Of a DNA stretch of 64,000 nt, positions 36,650-45,113 are shown piece by piece (within the stretch, counting starts at the first letter, position 1; each line of letters opens with the position of its first letter). The notes beneath the pieces are model-generated. The model had not been told where the DNA came from. It saw only the letters and a list, made by a program, of their open reading frames with translations, and did not search any database. Source of the stretch: Terriglobales bacterium. Its GTDB lineage: Bacteria; Acidobacteriota; Terriglobia; Terriglobales; Acidobacteriaceae. A program made the translations under genes and the position numbers. Where the stretch lies: positions 128,577 through 192,576 of the forward strand of contig JBJMGD010000011.1 in the NCBI GenBank assembly GCA_045808065.1, written 5' to 3'.

Positions 36650-36716
36650 ATACCCATTGGGTATCCGGGAAATACCCGTCGGGTATACCGCGTATACCCG
36701 GAGTACCCTGGGGTAT
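36650..36716. repeat. Three 22-bp-phased palindromes ATACCC-N3-GGGTAT
   Basis: ATACCCATTGGGTAT lies at 36650-36664 and ATACCCGTCGGGTAT at 36672-36686. A distorted third unit, ATACCCGGAGTACCCTGGGGTAT, lies at 36694-36716. GGGTATAC-CGC-GTATACCC links units 2 and 3. Confidence 0.85.
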
Positions 36717-36737
36717 TACTGCGGATAGGATTGCTCT

Positions 36738-36800
36738 AGTTTGGCAGCGACAGAGTTTGGCAGCGACAGAGTTTGGCAATGACAGTTTGGCGACGACGAG
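36738..36800 (+). repeat. Tandem 16-bp direct repeat AGTTTGGCAGCGACAG (about 3.9 copies)
   Basis: Copies lie at 36738-36753, 36754-36769 and 36770-36785 (AGTTTGGCAATGACAG). A truncated TTTGGCGACGACGAG lies at 36786-36800. Confidence 0.9.
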
Positions 36801-37041
36801 CCATGCCCGCGACGGGTAAATGGTAGCGGCGGGCTCTTAGGCGCGCAATCCCATTTCGGTATGGTTCCAATCCATACATCCGACCTCAACGCTAACGCAG
36901 ACAGAACAAGAAAAGCAATGTTCATCCGTTGTTCTAACAATTTTCTGGTCGAGCGAAATCAGGACGTTGCGGCGAAGAAAAAAAATATGTTCGCAATCCG
37001 TTGCTCTGAAGCCGATGCCCCGATACGAAGCACAGACGACT

Positions 37042-37085
37042 GACAACCGATGGCTGGCAACCGAGAACCCACAACTGACAACTGC
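37042..37085 (+). repeat. Short direct repeats RRCAACYGM just upstream of purQ (possible operator)
   Basis: GACAACCGA (37042), GGCAACCGA (37056), CACAACTGA (37070) and GACAACTGC (37077) are spaced 14/14/7 bp apart. The array ends 35 nt before the purQ ATG. Confidence 0.6.
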
Positions 37086-37119
37086 TCACTTCCAGCAATG
37101 TTAAACTGAAGCTACTTCC

Positions 37120-37815
37120 ATGAAATTCGGCGTTCTCGTCTTCCCTGGTTCGAATTGCGATCACGATGCCTACTATGCGATCGAAACCGCGGCCAGGCAG
37201 CCAGTCACGTTCCTGTGGCATGCCAGCCATGATCTCGAGAACTGCGATGCCATCGTGGTCCCGGGCGGTTTCGCTTATGGCGATTATCTCCGCACAGGTG
37301 CAATTGCAAAGTTCGCTCCGATAATGCAAGAGGTTGGCCGATTTGCCGCTGCTGGTGGCCTGGTGCTTGGCATCTGCAATGGCTTCCAGATCTTGTGCGA
37401 GGCCGGACTTCTTCCTGGCGCCCTGTTGCGAAATGCAGGCTTAAAGTATGTTTGCAAGCCAGTGCACTTGCGTGTGGAGAGTACCGATACGCCTTTTACG
37501 AATGAGTGCAACGACGGTGAGGTGCTTGAAATTCCGATCGGGCACATGGAAGGCAATTATTTCTGCGCTCCTGATACTCTCACGCAACTCAAGCGTGACC
37601 ACCGCATCATTTTTCGCTATTCGGACGCCCAAGGCCGCATGTCGCCGGAAGCAAACCCAAACGGGTCCATCGACAACATCGCGGGTATTTGCAATGAAGG
37701 ACGCAACGTACTCGGCATGATGCCTCATCCCGATCGCAGTGCTGATCCGCTTCTGGGAATGAATGACGGCCTCAAGATCTTCGAGTCCATGGTTGGGGCC
37801 CTCGCGCACAAATAG
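37120..37815 (+). CDS. purQ: Phosphoribosylformylglycinamidine synthase, glutaminase subunit PurQ
   Basis: 231 aa. It has [16 protein letters not shown], the catalytic Cys in [10 protein letters not shown] and C-terminal MPHPDR. No purS or purL gene is adjacent. Confidence 0.95.
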   Translation: MKFGVLVFPGSNCDHDAYYAIETAARQPVTFLWHASHDLENCDAIVVPGGFAYGDYLRTGAIAKFAPIMQEVGRFAAAGGLVLGICNGFQILCEAGLLPGALLRNAGLKYVCKPVHLRVESTDTPFTNECNDGEVLEIPIGHMEGNYFCAPDTLTQLKRDHRIIFRYSDAQGRMSPEANPNGSIDNIAGICNEGRNVLGMMPHPDRSADPLLGMNDGLKIFESMVGALAHK

Positions 37816-37818
37816 CAC

Positions 37819-38127
37819 ATGGATCGTTTATCGATGCTCCAAGGGGTTCTCGCGCAAAATCCTGGCGATCCATTCGCGCGCTACGGTTTGGCAATGGAGC
37901 ACGTCAACAGAGGGGACACTGCTACTGCCCTCGCGGAGTTCGCGAAACTGCTGGAACTGAACCCCGAATACACGCCTGGTTATCAGATGGCAGCGCAGAC
38001 TCTGATAAAAGAAGGCCGCGATGAGGAAGCGCGCAAGATGCTGGAGAACGGCATCTCCTGCGCAATGCGAAGCGGCAATCAGCATGCTCGCTCCGAAATG
38101 GAAGCGTTGCTCGACGATTTGCGGTAG
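37819..38127 (+). CDS. Small TPR-like protein (102 aa)
   Basis: It starts 4 nt after purQ. The helical repeat pattern includes DPFARYGLAMEHVNRGDTATALAEFAKLLELNPEYTPGYQMAAQTL. Confidence 0.6.
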   Translation: MDRLSMLQGVLAQNPGDPFARYGLAMEHVNRGDTATALAEFAKLLELNPEYTPGYQMAAQTLIKEGRDEEARKMLENGISCAMRSGNQHARSEMEALLDDLR

Positions 38128-38173
38128 TCTGCTCAGCTAACTCAAATTCGCCCAGAAACGGAAAATCGAGGGA

Positions 38174-40219
38174 ATGAGATTCTTCGCTCTGATACTTGTG
38201 TTCGCCGCCGCTTCGTTACTCAATGCTCAACCTTCACCTTCTAGCTCTTCCCCACAAGGCCCGCCTTGGAATCTGATGCCGGTTCCGGCAAAGCTCCAAC
38301 CCGGCACGGGCCAGTGGAGCGTGCAGCAAGGGCTCAGGATTTCCTTGGCTGGATCAGATGATCCTCGCGTTCGCAATGCTGCCGAGCGCTTCGTCGAGCA
38401 TCTGTCGCGCGCAACAGGTATTCCACTGCGCTATCAATCGGCTGAGAGTGCCAATGCCGCCATCGCGATCCGCTGTGAGCACTCCGGTGATAAAGTGCAG
38501 AAACTCGGTGAAGATGAATCTTATGTCCTCGACGTTTCCGATGCGGGGGTAAAGCTTTCTGCGCGCAATCCTCTCGGCGTCATCCATGGATTGCAGACGT
38601 TACTTCAACTGGTGGCACCGAGTGCTCAAGGTTTCGCAGCGCCTGCTGTCCACATCGAAGACACTCCACGCTTTCCCTGGCGTGGACTTCTGCTTGACTC
38701 CTGCCGCCACTGGATGCCGGTAGACGTCGTGAAACGCACACTCGACGGCATGGAAGCCGTGAAGATGAATGTGCTGCACTTTCACCTCAGCGAATACCAG
38801 GCTTTTCGAGTGGAGAGCAAGAAGTTCCCCAAACTGCAGGAGATGGGGTCGGAGGGGCACTACTACACGCAAGACGAGATCAAAGAATTGATTGCTTACG
38901 CCCGCGATCGTGGCATCCGCGTTATACCGGAGTTCGATATGCCCGGACATAGCACAAGCTGGTTCGTCGGCTATCCGGAGCTGGCCTCAGGACCAGGTCC
39001 CTACGAACTCGACAAGCAGTGGGGGGTCTTCGATCCGGCGATGGACCCGACCAAGGAATCCACATACAAATTCCTCGATAAGTTCATTGGCGAAATGGCG
39101 GAGCTTTTTTCCGACGACTTCTTTCACCTTGGCGGCGACGAGGTGAATGGCAAGCAGTGGGACGCGAATCCTGAAATTCAGAGATTCATGAAGTCTCACA
39201 GCTTGAAGACCAACGACGATCTCCAAACCTACTTCAATCAGCACGTTGTGAAAATCATTCAAAAATACAAGAAGACGCCGGTGGGCTGGGATGAAGTGTT
39301 AACGCCCGATTTGCCCAAGGATGTGGTCGTCCAGTCATGGCGTGGGCCGCAATCAGAAGCCAAGGCCGTACAGGAGGGGCATCGCGCGCTTCTATCAAAT
39401 GGCTACTATCTTGACCTGGCTCAATCGGCAGAGAAGCATTACCTTGTCGATCCGCTGGGCGGCGATGCAGCTCAGCTTTCGCCCGAGCAACAAAAGATGA
39501 TTCTCGGTGGGGAAGCCTGCATGTGGTCTGAGATGGTAAGCGTTGAGAACGTGGATTCGCGCATTTGGCCCCGAAATGCTGCAATCGCTGAAAGGTTGTG
39601 GTCACCCGCAGAGGTTCGCGATGTGAACTCAATGTACGAACGAATGCAGGTACTAAGCGAGCGTCTCGACACCCTGGGACTCACGCACCACTCGGGTTTG
39701 CGCATGATGCAGGAAAGGCTCGCTCTCGAGCATGTCGATGCTTTGCGAGTTCTGGGCAACGTGGTCGAGCCAGCAAAGGGCTATGCGCGGGTTAGTGGCC
39801 ATAAGTACAACACGGAGTCTCCGCTCAACGGTCTTCCCGATTCGGTACCGCCAGAGAGTTTGGGAGCTCGAAAGTTCTCTCTGCTGGTGGACAAGATTAT
39901 CGCTGGCAATGCTTCTCCGGATGAGCTCGCTTCGGCTAGAGAGCTGATGGGTACGTGGAAATCCAATTACGACCGACTGTCGCCCGCATTGCAAAACTCT
40001 TTGCTGACGGACGATACAGTCGTGTCACAGAACCTCGTGACAGCGGGAAACATCGGATTGCAGGCGCTCGATATGTTCGGCACACATGCATCTGCTCCCG
40101 CCGGCTGGTCCGACCAGCAGATGGAACAGCTCGAGCAGATAAAAAAACCGCAGGCGGAACTTCTTCTGATGGTAGTGCCGGCGGTGGAGAAACTCGTCCA
40201 AGCAGTGGGACGGCCATAA
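38174..40219 (+). CDS. Secreted GH20 beta-N-acetylhexosaminidase
   Basis: 681 aa with a signal peptide. It has RFPWRGLLLDSCRHW, VLHFHLSE, IPEFDMPGH and the catalytic HLGGDEV, plus the WSE/W pattern (GGEACMWSE). Confidence 0.9.
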   Translation: MRFFALILVFAAASLLNAQPSPSSSSPQGPPWNLMPVPAKLQPGTGQWSVQQGLRISLAGSDDPRVRNAAERFVEHLSRATGIPLRYQSAESANAAIAIRCEHSGDKVQKLGEDESYVLDVSDAGVKLSARNPLGVIHGLQTLLQLVAPSAQGFAAPAVHIEDTPRFPWRGLLLDSCRHWMPVDVVKRTLDGMEAVKMNVLHFHLSEYQAFRVESKKFPKLQEMGSEGHYYTQDEIKELIAYARDRGIRVIPEFDMPGHSTSWFVGYPELASGPGPYELDKQWGVFDPAMDPTKESTYKFLDKFIGEMAELFSDDFFHLGGDEVNGKQWDANPEIQRFMKSHSLKTNDDLQTYFNQHVVKIIQKYKKTPVGWDEVLTPDLPKDVVVQSWRGPQSEAKAVQEGHRALLSNGYYLDLAQSAEKHYLVDPLGGDAAQLSPEQQKMILGGEACMWSEMVSVENVDSRIWPRNAAIAERLWSPAEVRDVNSMYERMQVLSERLDTLGLTHHSGLRMMQERLALEHVDALRVLGNVVEPAKGYARVSGHKYNTESPLNGLPDSVPPESLGARKFSLLVDKIIAGNASPDELASARELMGTWKSNYDRLSPALQNSLLTDDTVVSQNLVTAGNIGLQALDMFGTHASAPAGWSDQQMEQLEQIKKPQAELLLMVVPAVEKLVQAVGRP

Positions 40220-40237
40220 TCAGCGATAAGGAGCTGC

Positions 40238-40263
40238 GGCAGCTTCGCGTCTGCGAAGCTGCC
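40238..40263. terminator. Hairpin between convergent genes (bidirectional terminator candidate)
   Basis: GGCAGCTTCGC-GTCT-GCGAAGCTGCC is a perfect 11-bp stem with a 4-nt loop, between the GH20 stop and the SDR stop. There is no clear T-run. Confidence 0.5.
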
Positions 40264-40266
40264 CAG

Positions 40267-41049
40267 CTACTTCATCATTCGTCTCATACCAAATTCGATT
40301 ACTGCTGGAAACATCTCATAAAGATGACTCACCAGCCATCCGTGCCAGGGCACAAATACTTCGCGCGTGCCGCGTAAATAGCCTCGAACAATGGCTAGGG
40401 CACAGCGCTGCGGCGATATTCCTCTTTGCAAGTTCTCGCCTAGGCGCTTGCTTGCACTTCCCTTCACGGTATTCGCGCCAAAGTTGGTTCGAATGCGTCC
40501 TGGACAAACACTCATTACACGAATGCCGCTCGCCTCGAGTTCCAGACGTGCGGCTTCGCTGATCGCATTGAGAGCATGCTTACTGGCAGAGTAGGCGCCC
40601 ATGTGCGGCACTGGGAGATGTCCGACGATGCTGGAGATATTAATGATGGTTCCATTCCCCTGCGCCTTCAACGTCGGAATAACAATCTGCATGCAGTCGA
40701 TCGCGCCAAAGAAGTTGGTGTCGAATAGCTTGCGGCACTCCTCTATTGACATCGTTTCCACGGAATCAAGCATGCCGTAGCCTGCGTTGTTAATCCAAAC
40801 GTCGATACGCCCGAAGCGATCTCGAGCTTCGCTCACCAGTCCTTCGATCTGGCGATGGTCCCGAACATCGCATTCGATTGCGGCGGTTCGCTCCAGAGTC
40901 CCAACCCTTGCTCTCGCTTCTACTAATCGTGTGAAATCCCGGGAACTCATCACTACACGCGCACCCTCGGAAACAAAAGCTCGGGCAATCGCCTCACCAA
41001 TTCCCATCGAAGCGCCGGTAACAACGACGACCTGATCACGGCATCGCAT
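40267..41049 (-). CDS. Short-chain dehydrogenase/reductase (SDR)
   Basis: 260 aa. It has VTGASMGIGEAIA, NNAGYG and YSASKHAL. Confidence 0.85.
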   Translation of the reverse strand: MRCRDQVVVVTGASMGIGEAIARAFVSEGARVVMSSRDFTRLVEARARVGTLERTAAIECDVRDHRQIEGLVSEARDRFGRIDVWINNAGYGMLDSVETMSIEECRKLFDTNFFGAIDCMQIVIPTLKAQGNGTIINISSIVGHLPVPHMGAYSASKHALNAISEAARLELEASGIRVMSVCPGRIRTNFGANTVKGSASKRLGENLQRGISPQRCALAIVRGYLRGTREVFVPWHGWLVSHLYEMFPAVIEFGMRRMMK

Positions 41050-41158
41050 AGCTTTCGGTTGTATCTGCCTGCCCTATCCTGGTCAAGCGGCGTACGCGGC
41101 TCTGCGGCGGACATCTCTGCCACATACAGTTATCGGAAAACTGCTCTAGAATCGACCG

Positions 41159-41770
41159 GTGAGCGATCTTCTGCCACTTTTCCCGCTCGAGCTCGTGTTA
41201 TTTCCTGGCACGGCCTTGCCTCTCCACATTTTTGAGGCGCGCTATAAAGAAATGATCGGGGAATGCCTGGAGCGTGACGCGCCGTTCGGAATTGTGCGCG
41301 CGATTGAAGATGGAATTGCGCAGATCGGCTGCTCAGCTGAAGTGGTTACCGTCGTAAAGAGATACGACGACGGAAAGCTCGATATCGTTACCCGCGGATT
41401 GCGGCGCTTCGAGATTGTGGAGATCGTTCAAGGGCGTTCCTTCGTTGAAGCAAATGTGAAGTTTCTGAGCGAGCAGGCCGATGCTACTTCCGAAATGAAG
41501 AAGAAAGCATTTGATTTGCATCAATCGCTATTGCTGATGGCGGCCAGCGGACAAATGGTTCCGGCGCTCGATCCGCCCGACGAGCTACTTTCCTTCTATC
41601 TGATCTCACAACTGCCCGTGGACCTCGACTTCAAACAGACGATCCTGGGCACGCCTTCGGAGTCGCGGCGTTTGGCAACTCTCATCGAGTATTACGAGGC
41701 CATTCTGCCCAAACTGGGAAGGACCATCCTGGCGAAGAAGAAGAGCGGATCGAATGGACATGTGATGTAA
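41159..41770 (+). CDS. LON N-terminal (substrate-binding) domain-only protein
   Basis: 203 aa with a GTG start. LPLFPLELVLFPGTALPLHIFEARYKEMI...PFGIV is the typical Lon N-domain opening. It has no AAA+ or protease domain. Confidence 0.8.
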   Translation: MSDLLPLFPLELVLFPGTALPLHIFEARYKEMIGECLERDAPFGIVRAIEDGIAQIGCSAEVVTVVKRYDDGKLDIVTRGLRRFEIVEIVQGRSFVEANVKFLSEQADATSEMKKKAFDLHQSLLLMAASGQMVPALDPPDELLSFYLISQLPVDLDFKQTILGTPSESRRLATLIEYYEAILPKLGRTILAKKKSGSNGHVM

Positions 41771-41775
41771 AGCCA

Positions 41776-41859
41776 GCAATAGGCAATAAGCGATAGGCAA
41801 TAGGCTCATTGAGCTCGGGCCGCTTGCTTATTGCCTATGGCATATCGCTTATTGCCTGC
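41776..41859. repeat. Inverted array of ATAGGCAAT 9-mers that forms a long imperfect hairpin (terminator or operator)
   Basis: ATAGGCAAT lies at 41779-41787 and 41793-41801. Its complement ATTGCCTAT lies at 41830-41838, with ATTGCCT at 41851-41857. GGCAATAAGCGATA (41782-41795) is perfectly complementary to TATCGCTTATTGCC (41843-41856). Confidence 0.7.
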
Positions 41860-41911
41860 GTTCGCGCATTCGGCGCCCGCGTATAATTTTCTTGAGGTGA
41901 TCTCATCGGTA

Positions 41912-43396
41912 ATGAACCTCCCTAGCACTCTCGGTGAACTCCGGAAAAGCGAATTCAGCGAACAGCGGTTGCGAGCAAGACGCGTAAAGGACGAGCTGCG
42001 CGACAATCTTATCCAGAAGCTCAAGAACGGCGAGCGAACATTCCAGGGACTTGTGGGCTATGACGACACCGTGGTCCCGCAGGTCATTAATGCCGTGCTC
42101 TCACGGCATAATTTCATTCTGCTCGGATTACGTGGGCAGGCAAAGAGCCGGATGCTGCGCGCACTGACTGGGCTACTCGACCCGCATCTTCCCTGCGTAA
42201 CGGGTTGCGAGATTCACGATAACCCCTACGAGCCGCTTTGTCCTCGCTGCAGAAACCTGATCGCCGAAAAAGGTGATGCCACGCCCATTGCTTATCTAGG
42301 GCCGCAAGATCGTTACGTCGAGAAGCTGGCCACGCCGGATGTGACGGTTGCGGATCTGATCGGCGACATCGACCCAATCAAAGCGGCGCGTGGGGGGTTG
42401 GACTTGGGCAGTGAGCTCACCGTGCATTATGGGCTGCTGCCTCGCGCCAACCGCGGAATCTTCGCCATCAATGAACTTCCAGACCTTGCGGGAAAGATTC
42501 AGGTCGCGCTCTTCAACATCATGCAGGAAGGTGACGTTCAGATTAAGGGCTATCCGGTTCGTTTGAATCTTGACGTCGCTCTGGTCTTCAGCGCGAATCC
42601 TGAAGACTACACGGCGCGCGGAAAGATCGTTACGCCGCTCAAGGACCGTATCGGCTCCGAGATCCGAACGCACTATGCCGGGACCCTCGATGAAGGCGTA
42701 GCCATCACGCAGCAGGAGGCGTGGACCGAACGCAATGGGCACCCGCTGCATGTGCCGCAGTTCATCCGGGAAATCGTCGAGCAAATTGCATTCGCCGCAA
42801 GAGAAGACAAACGCGTCGACAAGCGTTCAGGCGTAAGCCAGCGTCTGCCGATTTCCACTATGGAGAACGTGATTTCCAATGCCGAAAGGCGCGCGCTGCG
42901 CAATGGCGAGAGCACAGCGGTTCCACGCGTGGGCGACATCTATGGAGCAATGCCGGCCATCACCGGCAAGCTGGAATTGGAGTACGAAGGAGAATTACGC
43001 GGCGCGGATACTGTCGTTCGCGACTTGATCAGACTGGCTGTTGCCCGGACCTTTGATACGTATTTCAAGGACGGCAACATGCAGCAGATCACGCAATGGT
43101 TTGACCTTGGTGGTCAGCTCAAGTTCAGCGACACAGCGGCGTCCGCTGAGTTGTTGGACGGGCTGAAGCATATTCAGGGGTTGAGCGAAAAATTGAGCGC
43201 AGTTGGCGTGAAGCCGAAAGACAAAGCCGAAGTGGTGGTCTCAGCGGCGGAATTCCTGCTTGAAGGTTTGTATGCTCACAAGCGTATTGGACGAAGTGAG
43301 GAGCGCGTCTTCACCGCTCCCGAAAAGCAGCGGCAGGTAGAAAAGGTTCCCGGACGCGAGGAATTCCCAGGGCGCGCTAAGAGGCCATACAACTGA
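41912..43396 (+). CDS. BchI/ChlI-like AAA+ ATPase with atypical Walker motifs
   Basis: The start was set at ATG 41912 (MNLPSTLGELRK). It aligns by eye to Mg-chelatase subunit I: LLGLRGQAKS (Walker A with Ala before Lys), ANRGIFAINELPDL (Walker B reads NE), and FSANPEDY...LKDRIG. Confidence 0.8.
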   Translation: MNLPSTLGELRKSEFSEQRLRARRVKDELRDNLIQKLKNGERTFQGLVGYDDTVVPQVINAVLSRHNFILLGLRGQAKSRMLRALTGLLDPHLPCVTGCEIHDNPYEPLCPRCRNLIAEKGDATPIAYLGPQDRYVEKLATPDVTVADLIGDIDPIKAARGGLDLGSELTVHYGLLPRANRGIFAINELPDLAGKIQVALFNIMQEGDVQIKGYPVRLNLDVALVFSANPEDYTARGKIVTPLKDRIGSEIRTHYAGTLDEGVAITQQEAWTERNGHPLHVPQFIREIVEQIAFAAREDKRVDKRSGVSQRLPISTMENVISNAERRALRNGESTAVPRVGDIYGAMPAITGKLELEYEGELRGADTVVRDLIRLAVARTFDTYFKDGNMQQITQWFDLGGQLKFSDTAASAELLDGLKHIQGLSEKLSAVGVKPKDKAEVVVSAAEFLLEGLYAHKRIGRSEERVFTAPEKQRQVEKVPGREEFPGRAKRPYN

Positions 43397-43438
43397 GTTT
43401 TAGAGATGTAGATGTAGAATTCTGCGTCGCAGCAAGTC

Positions 43439-44683
43439 ATGAAGTTTATTAAATACTCCAAATACGTCGCTGATCCAGCCGGCGAAATGAGCACGGAGGA
43501 CCTGCTCAACGCCCTCTCTGACTATCTTCTTCAGAGTGGGTTTCAAGATTCCTGGTATTCGTACGAGTTCAACGACGGCGAGCAGACGCTGGACGAGCTA
43601 AAGCAGGCGATCCAGCAGGCACTGGAAGCGGGCGAGTTGCTCGACGAAAGCATGCGCGAGCGACTCGAGCAGATGCAGGCCGAAGGTCAGCTCGACGAGT
43701 TGATCGAAAAGCTCATCGAACGCATGCAACAAGAGGACTACATCACCATCGACCAGCCATTTGACCCCACCCGACAATCGAGTGCCCCGGGGCAAACGGG
43801 GGAGCCGCAGCAAGGACAAGTGAAATTCGAAGTCACTGACAAGGGACTCGATTTTCTCGGCTACCGCACCCTGCGTGATCTGCTGGGGTCCTTGGGCAAG
43901 TCGAGCTTTGGGCGACATGATACGCGAGACATGGCGACCGGCATCGAATCCAGCGGCGCGTCTCGAGCTTATGAATTCGGGGATACCTTGAATCTCGACA
44001 TCACAGGCACCCTCTCCAACGCCATCCAGCGCGATGGACTGAAAGTTCCCATTCAACTCGAGTATTCAGACCTTCAGGTCCATCAATGCGAATACCAGTC
44101 TTCATGCGCGACCGTGCTCATGCTTGATTGCTCGCACTCGATGATTCTTTATGGAGAAGATCGATTCACGCCAGCGAAGAAGGTTGCGATGGCACTGTCG
44201 CAATTGATCCGCACTCAATATCCCGGTGATTCCCTTTCGCTTGTGCTCTTTCACGACTCCGCCGAGGAACTTCCGTTATCGCAATTGGCTCGGGTGAAAG
44301 TGGGGCCTTACTACACCAACACACGCGAAGGACTACGCATGGCACAGCGCATCCTCGATCGCCAGCGCAAGGACATGAAGCAAATCATCATGATTACCGA
44401 CGGCAAACCATCGGCTCTGACCCTTGAGGATGGGCGCATCTACAAAAATGCTTTTGGTCTCGATCCACTGGTGGTGAGCCAGACTTTGGAAGAAGTCTCG
44501 CGCTGCAAGCGCGCAGGTGTGATGATCAACACCTTCATGCTGGCTTCCGATTTTGGTCTGATCCAGTTCGTGCAGAGAGTCACAGAGATGTGTCGGGGCA
44601 AGGCTTACTTCACCACTCCACACACGCTCGGCCAGTACTTGCTGATGGATTACATGTCCCGCAAGACAAGAACCATCCACTGA
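43439..44683 (+). CDS. von Willebrand factor A (vWA/MIDAS) domain protein with an acidic coiled N-terminal region
   Basis: 414 aa. It has the MIDAS motif LMLDCSHSM, later MITDGKPS, and an N-terminal Glu/Gln-rich helical segment. Confidence 0.85.
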   Translation: MKFIKYSKYVADPAGEMSTEDLLNALSDYLLQSGFQDSWYSYEFNDGEQTLDELKQAIQQALEAGELLDESMRERLEQMQAEGQLDELIEKLIERMQQEDYITIDQPFDPTRQSSAPGQTGEPQQGQVKFEVTDKGLDFLGYRTLRDLLGSLGKSSFGRHDTRDMATGIESSGASRAYEFGDTLNLDITGTLSNAIQRDGLKVPIQLEYSDLQVHQCEYQSSCATVLMLDCSHSMILYGEDRFTPAKKVAMALSQLIRTQYPGDSLSLVLFHDSAEELPLSQLARVKVGPYYTNTREGLRMAQRILDRQRKDMKQIIMITDGKPSALTLEDGRIYKNAFGLDPLVVSQTLEEVSRCKRAGVMINTFMLASDFGLIQFVQRVTEMCRGKAYFTTPHTLGQYLLMDYMSRKTRTIH

Positions 44684-44746
44684 GCTGCGAATTCACCTCT
44701 AGCGCCATAACCGTCGACTCGAGTGGCGGACACACATCGTCTGGTA

Positions 44747-45010
44747 CTACATCTTTGTCACAGGATTGGGAGGAGGAACTTGGCCTTGCGCAGCTTCTTC
44801 TTTCCGCACGGCGGCTTCCGCAGCCTGGAAACCAAGCTTCGAGTGCGTACCATCACAAAAAGGCTTGTTCGTGGATGCACCGCAACGGCAGAGGGAAAAA
44901 GCTGGTTTACCGCTGAGATCCCATTCACGTCCTTCGGCGTCGACTAGCTTCACCATTCCCTCGACACGATACGGCCCATTCGGTTTCACCGTGATCTTGA
45001 CATCTGACAT
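44747..45010 (-). CDS. CDGSH-type iron-sulfur domain protein
   Basis: The start was set at ATG 45010 (MSDVKITVKPNGPY), preceded by GAGAGGG. It has the CRCGASTNKPFCDGTH motif. Confidence 0.8.
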   Translation of the reverse strand: MSDVKITVKPNGPYRVEGMVKLVDAEGREWDLSGKPAFSLCRCGASTNKPFCDGTHSKLGFQAAEAAVRKEEAAQGQVPPPNPVTKM

Positions 45011-45113
45011 GTAGTCCCTCTCTGTTGTCCAGTGTAATAGAGCCAGACCAAGTATCGAGAAAATGCACACAGAACCAGGCTTACGGATTACTCCCAACTA
45101 GAATGTGCGCACT

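Noticed and set aside
36290-36940. ORFs of 74-127 aa called across the repeat tract (36290..36601, 36369..36728, 36396..36779, 36716..36940).
   Set aside because: The reading frames stay open only because of the short repeats. The translations are repetitive (e.g. ...DPDLIPN..., ...GIP..GYP...). Several mutually overlapping frames on both strands are equally open.
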